From Octopus bimaculoides (lineage: Eukaryota), in NCBI RefSeq assembly GCF_001194135.2, contig NC_068981.1, positions 37,172,919-37,236,918 of the forward strand: 64,000 nt of DNA, written 5' to 3'. Positions 1 to 12,700 of the stretch are shown one piece after another (within the stretch, counting starts at the first letter, position 1; each line of letters begins with the position of its first letter). Under the pieces are notes generated by a model, which did not search any database, was not told the DNA's origin, and saw nothing but the letters and a program-made list of their open reading frames with translations. The position numbers and the translations under genes were made by a program.

Positions 1-659
1 TTAGATTGACATATCTTGAATTCCTGAATTCTGCAATAAACAATAGGATTGATCCTGGTTATGCAAGCTAAGAGAAAACTTCTCTATTATACAATGTTTC
101 AATTGATTGAAGCGAAAGTTTCAATACAAGCTTTCTTGTCACGATTCCTGTCAGAAATTGTCTATGAATTGTATTAACATGATTTTCAGTTTTCCAAATT
201 TTTTTTGAGCCTTGCAAAACAATAATTCCATATTTCTCAAACCCCTTATTTGTATGGTTTGAGAAATACTTATAAGTTTTGATATATATATATATATGAA
301 ATAGCTTTATCTTCTAGTTCACTTTTGCAGCAAGAAAAACTTTATATTAGGAAAGTTTAAAGGCATTTTTACCAGGGATACATTATCATTGATTCATTTA
401 CGAACAAAACAGTCAACACCCCAGTTAGGTTAAGCACCATCTTAAATTTTCACTCCTCATGGCAACTGAACTTATCAAAGTTTTCTCAGAATTCTCCTCT
501 GGATAATAGTCTATTCTTATGAATTAGACAATTGCAACACATGTCATGATTTTAATGGAATCTAGAAAAAAAAAAAAAATGATAATGTGAGATGTAAGAG
601 AAGAAGAAGAAGAAAAAGAAATGAGCATTCAGAAAAATTACTTTTCAATATCAAAGAGT

Positions 660-1110
660 CTAGTTAATTGCAAAGGAAGAAATGTTGTGTAACTCATTGA
701 GTTAAAAAAGGTTAGAAGGTATAGCAGGGGATTTCATCTAATGTTGAAATTCTTGAAAGGATACGAACAACAGTTGCTTCTCATGACCTCCTTTAGTACT
801 GTAAACAAACTCACAAATGTAAAGTATTTCTCCATAATATTTAAAGAAGCCTCTATGTAGTCATCTGATCTGTTAGAAATAATAACCAACTCACTTTCAA
901 CTCACAACTCACTATCTTCAAAGAATTGGGGTTTTATCAAAATCATGTCACCAGCTATGAAAAGAAACTAAACTTAAAGAAGAATAGATTATTAAGTGAA
1001 GGAGCGAACTAGAAGAATTTTATAGATGGTAACAACCAGACTGTTTCTGATCATAGATCTGCTCTATCAAGGCTAATCTAAGACTGAAGAACAACAACCA
1101 AGATAAAATG
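660..1110 (+). mobile_element. Highly degraded RTE-like LINE fragments
   Basis: Manual translation gives SNVEILERI (~750; like the RT-tail motif SNxEVLxR) and TVSDHRSALSRLI...LRLK (~1040-1090; like the APE C-terminal SDHRxVxAxLxLRLK). Many stops, and the pieces are out of order. Confidence 0.35.
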
Positions 1111-1450
1111 AAACATTGAATATTATGTATCTTTCCTAATGGATACAGCATTATGTGGGTGACGAAAATCCCAGTTTATTGACCCTTAGAAGCCTTTTAA
1201 CTTGACCTCTTTTGTTGATCAGATATTTCTCAGATAATCTGTTTTGATCAAACAGATGTTATAAAAAAAGTGAGAAAAATATTGTTATAGAGTAACAAAA
1301 CTGTGTAAGAAGTAACAATAGACAATGGCAGACTGTGTGATATAAAAATACAATATCAAGGTTGATAATAGAGAATTTCTATTCAAGGACCATAAGGCCC
1401 TTGTTTCAAATCTTTTTAATCAATATCATCTTGAGTTTGGTAGGATCAAG

Positions 1451-1483
<33 letters not shown>

Positions 1484-2049
1484 CTTTATATTTCTCTCCT
1501 TCTTTTTCTCTCATTATTCCTGTCGTTTCTTCTTTCCTCCTCCCCCTTTCTCTTTTTCTTTCTTTATGCTTCTGTTCTACCTCTCTATGGCTTTAAGTTT
1601 CTGCGTTTACACTTCATTGATCTCATTAGTGGATAGGAAGTGTTTAGTATAAGTTGATGTACTTCCTTATAGATGGGAAGGGAGTCCTTGCACCAGACTC
1701 AGACTAACATAATGGTTATTAATGGCTAAATCTTCATGCACCACATACTACTGCTGCACTATATCTAGGTAGCAATCAAACCCTTAAATAACAATGATAC
1801 AGGACAAAAACAAAGATTTAGCTAGTATAAAGTTGAATTATATATGTGTGCACATATTTGTGTCTGTGTATATATGTTTATGTACGTGTATACTAAGACA
1901 CAAATAATTACCACCAAGTATGAGACTGTTTGAAACAACTTTATATATAAGGTAATAGGAATAAATCATTCTCACATTTAATGTTTATCAGTATAAGATT
2001 ATATACAAAAATTAACAGACTAAAACAACTTTTGAAGTGCACTTGCCCA

Positions 2050-2104
2050 CATATATATGTATATACATTTATATGTGCATATAAAAGTATTTATATATAT
2101 ATAC

Positions 2105-2135
<31 letters not shown>

Positions 2136-2136
2136 A

Positions 2137-2175
<39 letters not shown>

Positions 2176-2250
2176 TGTGTGCACACTTTCTTTAAATATA
2201 CATATGTGTATGTATGAGAGCACAAATGTTTGCATGTGTATGTATGTATA
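2050..2250. repeat. Compound (TA)n/(TG)n microsatellite
   Basis: Directly visible dinucleotide runs. Confidence 0.95.
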
Positions 2251-3118
2251 CACAAGGTTTTAATAAAACAGTCAAAATACACAGTGTTAATCTGATTGCA
2301 AGATCTGTGACAGAGGGAAGGGGTAGTTTGGAAATACCTTCATCTAAAATTTTCTATGCATATAAAATGAAAAGAAAGAAAGGAAAAGAGCATAAGAAAC
2401 TTATTTCTTTGAAAGCGATATCTATCTAAGAAGACTGGTACAATGTGATTGCTGTGCACAAGCCAGACATTAAACCACGCAGAAAAAGCTGGCTTCAACA
2501 AAGCAGAAATATGCTGAGCCATTTGGACAGCTGGTTGATTGAAGAGGAAGAGATCTCCCGTAAGCATCTAGGAGGTCTAGATCTGGAAGTTGTGATATAT
2601 GACCAAGATAACTTGAACGAAGCAGATCTGTAAAAGATTGCAGTTAGATGGATGGAATTCTTCTAAACTTTTGGTTTTAGGTGGGTTAGTAAAATAAATA
2701 TAAAAACAAAATGTAAAATGAGAAAGCAAAATGTAAATGCACAGACAATGTGTCTATGGGAGATATTTTATCAATATATTTGAAGACTTTTATGAAAAAC
2801 CTAGTGTGACACAGATATTAAATTATATACTGTTTCCATAGAATATAGGTAAGTAATATGCATTCAGTATCCACTATACTGAGAAATTCATATTTTGCCA
2901 TACTTATCCACATTATTATAAATAAACAAATGTATATTTATTTTATCAGCAGTAAAGCTATATAAAGATTTGCATATTTACCTTTATTAATAAGATAAAC
3001 ATACTAGAGATAAATTTATGTATGCATGCATACACTATCATAAGATCAAACCATTTATAAACATAAATACTCACTGACACACATGTATACACATGCATGC
3101 ATACACACTGCCTCTGCA

Positions 3119-3119
<1 letters not shown>

Positions 3120-3152
<33 letters not shown>

Positions 3153-3298
3153 TACACACACACAAACACACACCCACAATTATGATTGCCAGTCACCACT
3201 CTCTCTTCCATATTTAAACAGAATTCATTGTCTTGTGATTTGAGTTTCACACCACTGCAATCTCTCAGTGTGTGTGTTGGGATGAGAGTGTTGTTTAT

Positions 3299-3387
<89 letters not shown>

Positions 3388-3400
3388 TGCACATGTATAC
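3120..3400. repeat. (TA)n/(CA)n microsatellite cluster
   Basis: Directly visible. Confidence 0.95.
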
Positions 3401-3520
3401 ATGTATGCATAGTTGTCTAAAAGTCCATAAGTTAGAAAAACAGACACACATATATTGATTAATTGAGTTGGTGTATTATTGTTAATGAAAAATAATATTA
3501 TATTCTTATATTCTCAACAA

Positions 3521-3750
3521 AGATGCGAAGCTGGTAGGATTATTTAGCATACCAGAGAAAACGCTTCATGCCATTTTGTATTCCTTCATGTTCGGAGTTC
3601 AAATTCTGCCAAGGTCAACTTTGCCTTTCTTTCTCTTGGGGTTAATGAAATAAGTACCTATTGCACTCTGTTTGGGGTTGATGCAGTTGACTTAGCCCCT
3701 CTCTCTGCCAAAATTTCAGGTCTTGTGCCTATCATAAAACATAATTATTA
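3521..3750 (+). mobile_element. tRNA-derived SINE, family A (octopus OR-like)
   Basis: B-box-like GAGTTCAAATTC, body GGTCAACTTTGCCTTT...GAAATAAGTACC and tail AAAATTTCAGGTCTTGTGCC. The same family recurs at 3762, 19841, 20085 and 26428. Family name is from memory and unverified. Confidence 0.8.
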
Positions 3751-3761
3751 AAACAATAATA

Positions 3762-3958
3762 ATCCTTTCTATTATACGCACATAGCCTGAAATTTTGGGG
3801 GAGGGGTCTAATCCATTACCTCGGTTCCAATACTTAAATGGCATGTTATTTTATCAATTCCAAGGGCTCAAAAGGCAAAATTGACCTTGATGGAATTTGA
3901 ACATAAAGATAGATTAAATGCTTCATTTTGTCCAGGGCACCAACAATTCTGCCAGTTC
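3762..3958 (-). mobile_element. tRNA-derived SINE, family A, antisense copy
   Basis: Reverse complement reads GAACTGGCAGAATTGTT...GTTCAAATTCCATCAAGGTCAATTTTGCCTTTT...CCCCCAAAATTTCAGGCTATGTGC, homologous to 3521-3750. Confidence 0.75.
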
Positions 3959-3959
3959 A

Positions 3960-4081
3960 TATATATCTATCTGTCTCTCTCTGTAGGTCATTTGCCTTGT
4001 CTGTCTCTGTTTGTCTATCTATTTATCTATCTATCTATCTATCTATCTATCTGTCTATCTATCTATCTATTTATCTATCTG

Positions 4082-4152
<71 letters not shown>

Positions 4153-4258
4153 TTACACACACTCACACAATCAGAGATAGAGAGAGAGAAGGAAAGAGAG
4201 AAAAAGAAAGAGAGAGAGAAAGAAAGAAAAGAGAGAGGAAAATAAAGAGAGAGACAAA

Positions 4259-4295
<37 letters not shown>

Positions 4296-4305
4296 NNNNN
4301 NNNNN

Positions 4306-4350
<45 letters not shown>
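3960..4350. repeat. (TATC)n-(TTTC)n-(CT)n-(CA)n-(GA)n compound repeat with a 10-N gap at 4296-4305
   Basis: Directly visible. Confidence 0.95.
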
Positions 4351-4647
4351 AAAATGTTTTTGGCCATATATAGAACAGAATATTGGTAATAATAATAAAG
4401 TTTGCTAGAAGAAATGAAGTAATTGTACCTTAGTTGATTTATATACAGGTAGAGAGAGTCTTCAGTCTTTTCAAGGAAATGAAATGAAATGAAATAAAAT
4501 AAATTATAGTAAAATAAAGAAGAATACTTTATTTTATTTCATTCCATTTCCTTAAAAAATTTTAAGCGTTTTTGTACCTCTGTATAAATAAACCTCAGTA
4601 CAATTCCTTCATTTCTTGTGAATAACCTTATAAATACACACACACAG

Positions 4648-4680
<33 letters not shown>

Positions 4681-4798
4681 CCTACATGCATGCATGCACA
4701 CATATACATATACATACATACATACAAAAATACGTACGTACGTACGTACATACATACATACATACATACATACATACATACATGCATACATACATACA

Positions 4799-6000
4799 CA
4801 GGAGCCTCCTATTATAACAGTAATGCAATCCTGAAAATCTTACCATAATGCTAAGTTAATTATCCCATTGATTTTGATGCTATAAATTTATAATGTACTT
4901 CAACAAATATTTTTAAAATATTACAAAAAAGAAAACAAAGGAAAAAAAGAAATCACTCAACTACTTCTAAGCATAAAAATAACAATTTGTAAATATATAT
5001 GGTAAAATATCTCTCGATAAAAACATACGAAGAAAAATATAGATAAGATTATCATTTTGTAATAGAGGATGGACCTCTTTTTGCAAAAGATGTTGACAAC
5101 TATGTGAGGGATGGTTGTGGTGCAATGAAAGTTACTAAGAAGATGAAGGCCATTAATTCCTGTCTTATATTTGATCATCATCCACTTGAGGGACAAAGAA
5201 CCTATCCAAAATTGCTTGCTGTTTATGATACATCATCTCTTTGTACAATTCAGTGTGGGAACTGAGCTCATTGTAAACTTCTCTGGTAATTTCTATGTTA
5301 CATTCATCATTAAGAGCATTATCAGTAAAATCTTTAAACCTTCCTCTAGAAGTGTCAACCCTTTAGCAATATTGTGTGCAGTTAATTAAAGTGGAGTTAG
5401 TGGAAATTTCCATATTCTAAGCTTGCTCTTGTTCTCACAGTATTTGCTGCTTCTTAGATAAAACTTCACGATGAAGGTACTAGCAACTCAAATCTATCTC
5501 TCTATGGGACACTGGCACATCAACTCATCTATTACTTCTTCTTCAGTTGCAAAATCCTTTTCAAGTGTTACAATATTTTTTTCAAGTTTAATGTAGACTT
5601 AAACTTGCAGAAAACTTGTAAAATCATGGATAAAGTGTGAGTGTATATTTTTCTAAGCACCATCCAAAGTTGACTCATCTGCATCAACAACAGCATCCAT
5701 TATATTGAATTTCTTTTGGAGGTATCTAACTGTAGGCTTATCCTCCCTATCAATTGCTTTCATAAGTTGTTTGAAATTTTTAGATAAGATGCCTTAACAC
5801 ATGTAAAGCCATTGGTTGGAGCAAAGTTGTATCCTGCTCTAACATTATAAGAAAACTCATTTGAATTCACTTGGTGGCTTTGTGTATTGTCAGAATTACA
5901 TTGTCCAACGTGTTTTTTTCAAATCTTGCAGACTGTGCATTGAAGGATATTTGGCTGTTATTTCTAGCAGGTTGATAAACATATAAAGACTTTCTGGAAG
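4799..6000 (-). mobile_element. Degenerate Tigger/pogo-like DNA transposon (transposase C-terminal half plus a TIR-like end)
   Basis: Minus strand 5810-5836 gives QDTTLLQPM (pogo/Tigger motif NTTSLLQPMDQG), followed by frameshifted pieces VKASYL, KFNIMDAV and QAILDRFF typical of Tigger C-termini. TIR-like CAGGAGCCTCCTATTATAACAG at 4799-4820; partner TIR not found. Confidence 0.7.
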
Positions 6001-6365
6001 AAATAAAGACGCATAGAATCTAGATAGGCAATTAAATATCAGGTAGATTTACATAGTAGAAGTAGTTTCTACAACCTCCATACAATTAATCAATGTGTGT
6101 CAAAGTGTGCAATGTAATTCTCTGCTAGACAGAAGAATCGTATATAGGAAAATAGATATATGGTAGCACTTAGCAACTAAGCCAACTATCTGTGTGCCAT
6201 AGGTTAACAACAACCTTCATAAAACAAAAGATTTCTAATAAAGATACTGGCATTAACAAAGGACAGTTTTCTTGATTGAGTTTTCACTATTAAATCTCTG
6301 AAGATATCACTGTAATTTAATCCTCTAAACATGATGCAGAAATTTATAAGAAATAAAGAATTTTG

Positions 6366-6400
6366 ACATACATACATACATACATACATACATACATACA

Positions 6401-6434
<34 letters not shown>

Positions 6435-6440
6435 CATGTA
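6366..6440. repeat. (ACAT)n tetranucleotide microsatellite
   Basis: Directly visible. Confidence 0.95.
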
Positions 6441-7435
6441 TGTATGATATAACAAAGCAAGAAATAAATTACTTAATAACATGCTAATTTATATGTAGAT
6501 ATTATTATGTCATCAGCACCAAGTGAGATGGTGCATTGAATGTTCTAATTTTATTTGCTTCCACTAAAACTGAATAACTCTCATAGTGAAAACTTGCTGA
6601 GAAATCTAATTGAACTTAATGTCAAGTATTAAGAAAGTGACATTGGTGGCATGATCTAGGATCCATAAGTTTATTTCATGCAAGTGCCAAGGGGATTTAA
6701 GATGCTGAATCAATTCATTGGTGTGTAGGTATGCATGCAGAAATGATTCCAGCTAAAGTGCCGATATTCACATTAGGTCATGCAAAGAGACATCTCAGAG
6801 ATTATAAATTTGAATTCCTCCTAACAGGAATAGGATTTTACCGAGGAAATATTTACACTTATTCTGATTACAAATAAAGGAGGATGGGGTTGGAGCATAA
6901 AACCTTTAAGCATGCTGTTAGTATGCTGCTGATAGGCAGAGCTTTAATTGGTAATCTGTCAGAATTAGATTAATTTAATTATAAATTGCAGCTGCTGACC
7001 CTCCTCATAGCAAAAAAAAAAAAAAAAAAAGTCATGGTCAGTTAATTTATGATATATAAAATTAATGAGTCTAATTAAGACAAAGTTGTAAGGAACAATA
7101 ATAAAGCACATTTATCATTCTGATGTTGATTTGTTATCGAAACACAAGCTCAAGGATTTATAGTAGAAAGGGAATTAACAAAACGACAAGTTATATCTTC
7201 ATCAAGGGCATAGTGAGCAAATGAAAGGAGATAGTTACAATCAAGAAGTGAAACTAGATCACAGATTTTTATTGTTGGAAACTTACTTCTTTTCTCACTA
7301 TCTTAATTTTACATCGATGAAAGGTGGCCATTTGTATTATGCAATCAGGAAATTGTAATGGCATTTGTAGCTATCAAGATTTCATGAGAAATCAGTGTCC
7401 TATACCTTGAACAAAAATGTTCTGTTATTCTTTTA

Positions 7436-7613
7436 ATATTGGTTTCAAATTTTGGCACATGGCCAGCAATTTTAGGGGAGGGGTTAGTCAATTAAATCAA
7501 TCCCACTGTTCAACAGCTTTCGTTGAAGACACTTGCCCAAGTGCCACAGTCATTGTAGGACGGAACTTGAAATCACGTGGCTGAGAAGCAAACTTCTTAC
7601 CACATAGCCACCT
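7436..7613 (-). mobile_element. Chimeric SINE: family B head joined to family A tail
   Basis: Reverse complement starts GGTGGCTATGTGGTAAGAAGTTTGCTT...CACTTGGGCAAGTGTCTTC (family B head, cf. 26982 and 45755) and ends CCCCTAAAATTGCTGGCCATGTGCCAAAATTTGAAACCAATA (family A tail, cf. 20250-20285). Confidence 0.7.
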
Positions 7614-7869
7614 GAATATACTATATATATTTTCTTTGAAAGGGTTGGGGTGTGTGTAAATGTCTTTATGAAAAGCATGTTGTTATTGTCGTTGTTATTG
7701 TTGTTGTTGTTGTTGTTATTATTATTATCATTATACTGTGATTTTATTTTCATTTTGTGCTGCCAAAAACAGCTCTGTGCACTTTATCTTTTGTTTCTAT
7801 TGTACTGAAATGCTCTGCACAATGTGTCCCTTACTACTATTTCTTCTACTGCTCTTGCTGCTGCTGCTG

Positions 7870-7928
<59 letters not shown>

Positions 7929-7944
7929 GTTTTATTTCTGTTAT

Positions 7945-9633
7945 GTGAATTCATCGTACAACCAAAGCGGTTGTGTGAATACATGCAATGTTTTGTATGC
8001 AGATGACTTCAAGTTGTATGTTGCAGATATTAAACAACTGTAAACATTGCTACAGAAAGTATACAGTTTACTAGAGGACTGGGGTTAGAAAAATGCACAA
8101 AGGCTGAGGAAAATTAATTAAGAACACTAATGTCATGTTAGATAAAGAAAGAGAGATTAAAGAATTAGATCAAAGGCAGACTTACAAATACTTAGGAATT
8201 AATGCACTAGACAGAGTACAAACCACAGTTATGAAAGAAAAGGTTAGGAAGGAATATTACAAATACATTAGATTACTACTTAAAGCTATGCTAAATGCAA
8301 AAAATAAGTTAATAGGCATTGATACTTTAGCTGTCAGTGTAATAAGTGATAGTTATAACATTCTGTAGTAGAATGTAAGACAATTACCAAGATTAGGCAG
8401 GAAAATTATGTACGTGTGTGAATGCATGCATGTATGTGTGTGTGTGTCTCTGTATTTTATGACTACATTCAAAATGTATTACCCAAAATATGGCTCAGAA
8501 AGATTATATTTACCATATATACATTAGAGTTAGGGGTCTTCTGCAATTATCAAACTATTGTAAACGATCTACAGTGGAACTACAAATGTATTTAGTAATA
8601 AATGAAGTGAAACTAAAGCAAATAGCTATATGGCAGTAACAAAACAAATTATCTATTTCTGTGTTCTTAAAGAAGCCAAAACATACAACAGGTGCTGAAA
8701 TAACAGACAAATGTAAAGAGATTGGTGAAATAACTGCAGAAACTAAGAAAAACTAAAATATAAACTGAAAATGGTAATACAAACTTGCATGTTAAGATGT
8801 TGGTAAGAAAAGCTCCTACACAACCAATATCGGAGAAGACTGAAAAAATATGAATAGATAAAAAAAAAAAAATAGTGAGTGGCTGAAGAATACATGCTTT
8901 AAAGCTAAGAGCAAAAGATTTTTACAACCAACATTAGAGTAAAGTCTTTCAATAGAAACCGACAAAACAATATAATAAAGCAGAATATGCATCATGTACT
9001 TTACTTTTACCCAGCATAAGTGAAAGAGAACATTTACAGGCAGGAAAAAACTGGAAATGTCATATACTAAGAATACCAGCTTTAATGAAATATGACAGAA
9101 AAGAGATAGTAAAAACATAGAGCTGAAAAGTCTCAGAGAAAGGGAAAGCAACCTTATTTTGAGACAATAAAATTCACACAGACCAGATTATTATTCTCAA
9201 AAATAACCAGTCAAAGAAATGTTTTTTAACTGATGTATCAATTCTAACAGAGAATGATATATCTCAAAAGGAAATAGAAATATTATCAAAATAAGGATCT
9301 GGAAATAGTAATGTTAATGAGAAAGTGGAATAGAAAATAGAAGAACTCCTGCAATAATATCTTCTTTGGGATAGTTAAAAATACGTAGACAAAGGCATAA
9401 TCCGACCTCAAAGACTTAATTATGTGCACAACATTAGGAAAATTGTACTACAATAAACTATCTTACTAAAAGTGCTTTCAATATAATATCAAATTGCACA
9501 CACGCACAAAGCACTGCATGTACTCAAAACACACAAATCTGTGCTTGGTTATGTAGTGACAGTGTAAAATAAACATAGAAACTTATGAACAATAATAATA
9601 ATGATAATAATAATAATGATAATAGTAATGATG

Positions 9634-9702
<69 letters not shown>

Positions 9703-9705
9703 GAT
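7945..9705 (+). mobile_element. 5'-truncated R4/Dong-like non-LTR retrotransposon (RT C-terminal half plus RLE), pseudogenised
   Basis: VLYADDFKLY (7990-8020), YKYLGI, MKEKVRKEYY..LNAKNKLIGIDTLAV (ORF 8135-8368) and a PD..D-type RLE motif PDYYSQK / CFLTDVSI (~9180-9245). It ends in an (AAT)n tract at ~9592-9705 and is preceded by (GCT)n(ACT)n at ~7855-7928. Confidence 0.85.
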
Positions 9706-12700
9706 TAATAAATAAATAAATTATTAAAAATCTATAAAATCTGATAAGTCTGTCTGCAGAGAGACAATGGACAAGTAGTAGAAACTTAGTATTGTGACTC
9801 CTGAGTGTTTTGTAAGCTTGTAATGCTCAGATCTTTCCATAGACTGCTTAAAAGATTATGGATACCATCAGTAGTAATATTATCCAAGAAATAACTAATA
9901 ATTCTAGTAAAACATGCGAGATCAATCAATAAAACTGTGGTGCATAATGGGATAAAATTTAGAGTTTGCGTAACTGCATGACATAACAGCCACAGCAATG
10001 TCTAGTGATGCTATTGTATGCCAAATTGTAATCTACTTTAAACATATCTCAATATACAAGTTGTATCATTTGCCTCAATGAAAAACAATAGTATAGAGTT
10101 CTCTGATAGAAATCCAAACATGAATGAATGTATATTACCTGCTAAACACTAAAGACAAGGTCAATCTGTTTTTCTCTTAACTAAACTATTAATTTTATGT
10201 AGGAAAGTTTGCAAGGAAGAGTGAAGTGTCTAACATTTCAGACCTTTGCTCTTTGTTAAAGTGAAGACAAGAGAGTAAGAGGTATTGTCATTTTAGGACC
10301 TCAGATTGTACATTTTAAAGTCTAATGGCTAATTCATTAACTCTGATCTTGATCCACCCTGCTTTAGTCTGCTGAACCTAGTCTTCATTTAATGCACGTG
10401 TGTCTTCCTTCAAATTCTCTTCCTTTTGTCTTTCTATTCACTTTATTTTTATTTACTTATTATTTTTCTTTATATATTTCTATTATTTATTTTTCTATAT
10501 TCCGTTTATCACTCCTTCCATTTTCTTTCTCTATTTTCTTGAATACACATTCTAGTAACACTGAATTAACTATAAGAGCACCTTCTGAGGAGGAACATGG
10601 CTCTTAGAAATGCAAATAAAAACAAGTCACATAGGAGTATTTATCAGTTCAAATCACAATCAATCACCCTATAGTAGATAGATTATGAGTCAAATTCTCG
10701 AGTTATGATAAAAAAAAAACATTGACTATCTTCTCCATCTTCTGGAAAAGGTAAATCTAACATACAGCACAATTTACCACCACTACATGGTTCTTCTGTA
10801 TATTTAACTATGTTCATTCCACCTGGATCAAATTCTCAATTCTTGTCCATCTGTTTTCTTTTCCTCACATTGTGCTACAGATGACCAGTCACATTAATCT
10901 CACTGAAAAGTAGAGCCTATGAAAAATCAATGCCTCTTCATTTCTTTTCTTCATTAACTTATAAAATAAAATATTCACCACCTATTGATTTACAAATATA
11001 TCTATATATAGATTTATATAAATTCTACACAAATAACACTATATGCATTGCTCCAACATTTCTTTGCATTATTGAATTAAGCATTTAACTCAATAGTATT
11101 AAAAAGTATTACACAAGAAGACTAAAGAAAAATACTCTTTGCGGTATGCTACTGGTATTTAATGTATTTTACTATATTAATTAGTCACAAGCAAAGGAAA
11201 TGAATTATCTTGATATATACCAATGTGTAGATGAACATATTTATACAATACTTCTTTCTCTGTGCAACTGGTCTACATTTTGTGTAACCCATAGCCCTCA
11301 CATCATTATGAGAGGTGTTTTAGTATAGCTTCAATAAATTAACATTCTAAAATCAGTTTGAAAATAATTAAAAAAACAAAAAACAAAAGAGTAATTTTCT
11401 TTCTTGTTTCACTTAGTTAATTATTGCTAAAATTTTGAACTTCCTATCTTCAGTAGATTCTAAGATACTAGATTAAACATGCAATCATTCAATTAAGCAA
11501 ACAAATGTGGCTAATTAGTGAGATGACAAAACTGTTTGGTGGCTGCATATTTTAAAAGAAGGAAATGATGATAATGGTGCACAATGAACCAGTAAGGGAA
11601 TTTTTACATAGTCATTCACTCTATCCAATGTGGACATGAAATGTCTCATAACAATCACTCAGATGGGATAGAATTAGCTAGAAATATTAACCAAGTAATT
11701 CTTTGATTGGCAGATTCTATTAAATTAACCTGGTTAGGCAATGCTCATATTACTAGCTGAAGGACAAACTTAATTTTGTAATTATAAGAGTATATTTTCC
11801 CCAGTAAAGGAACTGTGCACTTGTGTGTCAATTTGTGCTGGCATATAAGTGTCAGTGATTGTGTTCAGAAAGTACTTCAAGTTTTATATTTTTTAATTTT
11901 AAGCAATGGTTGATGTATTGTTGATACTTGAGTAATTTTCTATTTCAAGTGAACATTTTTAACTAACCTAACAGTTGGTTGTTCTGTAAACAAACTGAAA
12001 AAGTTTTCCCTGCACTTTTTTCCCTCTGAAACTGATGGCTTTGATAAAATATTAATCAACTGAACCATAAAATAGAAATTATATCTAAAAATATAAAAGA
12101 AAGTCATTTATATGTGGAACCTAGTTCAAAGCCATCATTTGTTCAGGGACATTGACAAATCTCTGAGCATTTTTGCCTGATCAATTCTGAAAAGGCAATA
12201 AAAAATTTTTTTACAGCTAATCATTAGAGAAGAGCTACAGGTGCCAAGCATCTAATGGACAGGAGAGGAGCTATTCAGTATGCTGATTAAAGTTTTCTAA
12301 TATGTTGGTTTAATTCATTGACTAATTTAATATGCTGACTAAAATTGTTAATTTTTCATCAAGAAAGACAGCGGATATTCATATTATTTAGCTGCAGAGT
12401 TAAAGGTGGCTGTCTTTTGTAGCTGTTGTTGTTACTGTTGAATAAGTAGCAGTCAATTCTGCTGATGTAAATATTTAGCAAAGAAAATGTCTAAATTTTA
12501 CGATGCAATCTTTGCAATGCTTCAGACTAGTAAGTCATGTAGAGTTTAGAAAGCTATAATTAACACGTTGCTAATTTGCTTATTGTAAATGTTTAAGAAT
12601 GACTCTAGTGAGTCGAGCCTGGAAAATCTCTATGCCATAGAAGGGTCATCATACCTTACATGCATTCATTAACCTGCTGGCTATATTTCATATGCTTTCT

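Noticed and set aside
2445-2633. 62-aa ORF with protein-like composition
   Set aside because: Short and without splice or homology support; it more likely derives from a decayed LINE RT tail (RGR-like remnant in another frame).
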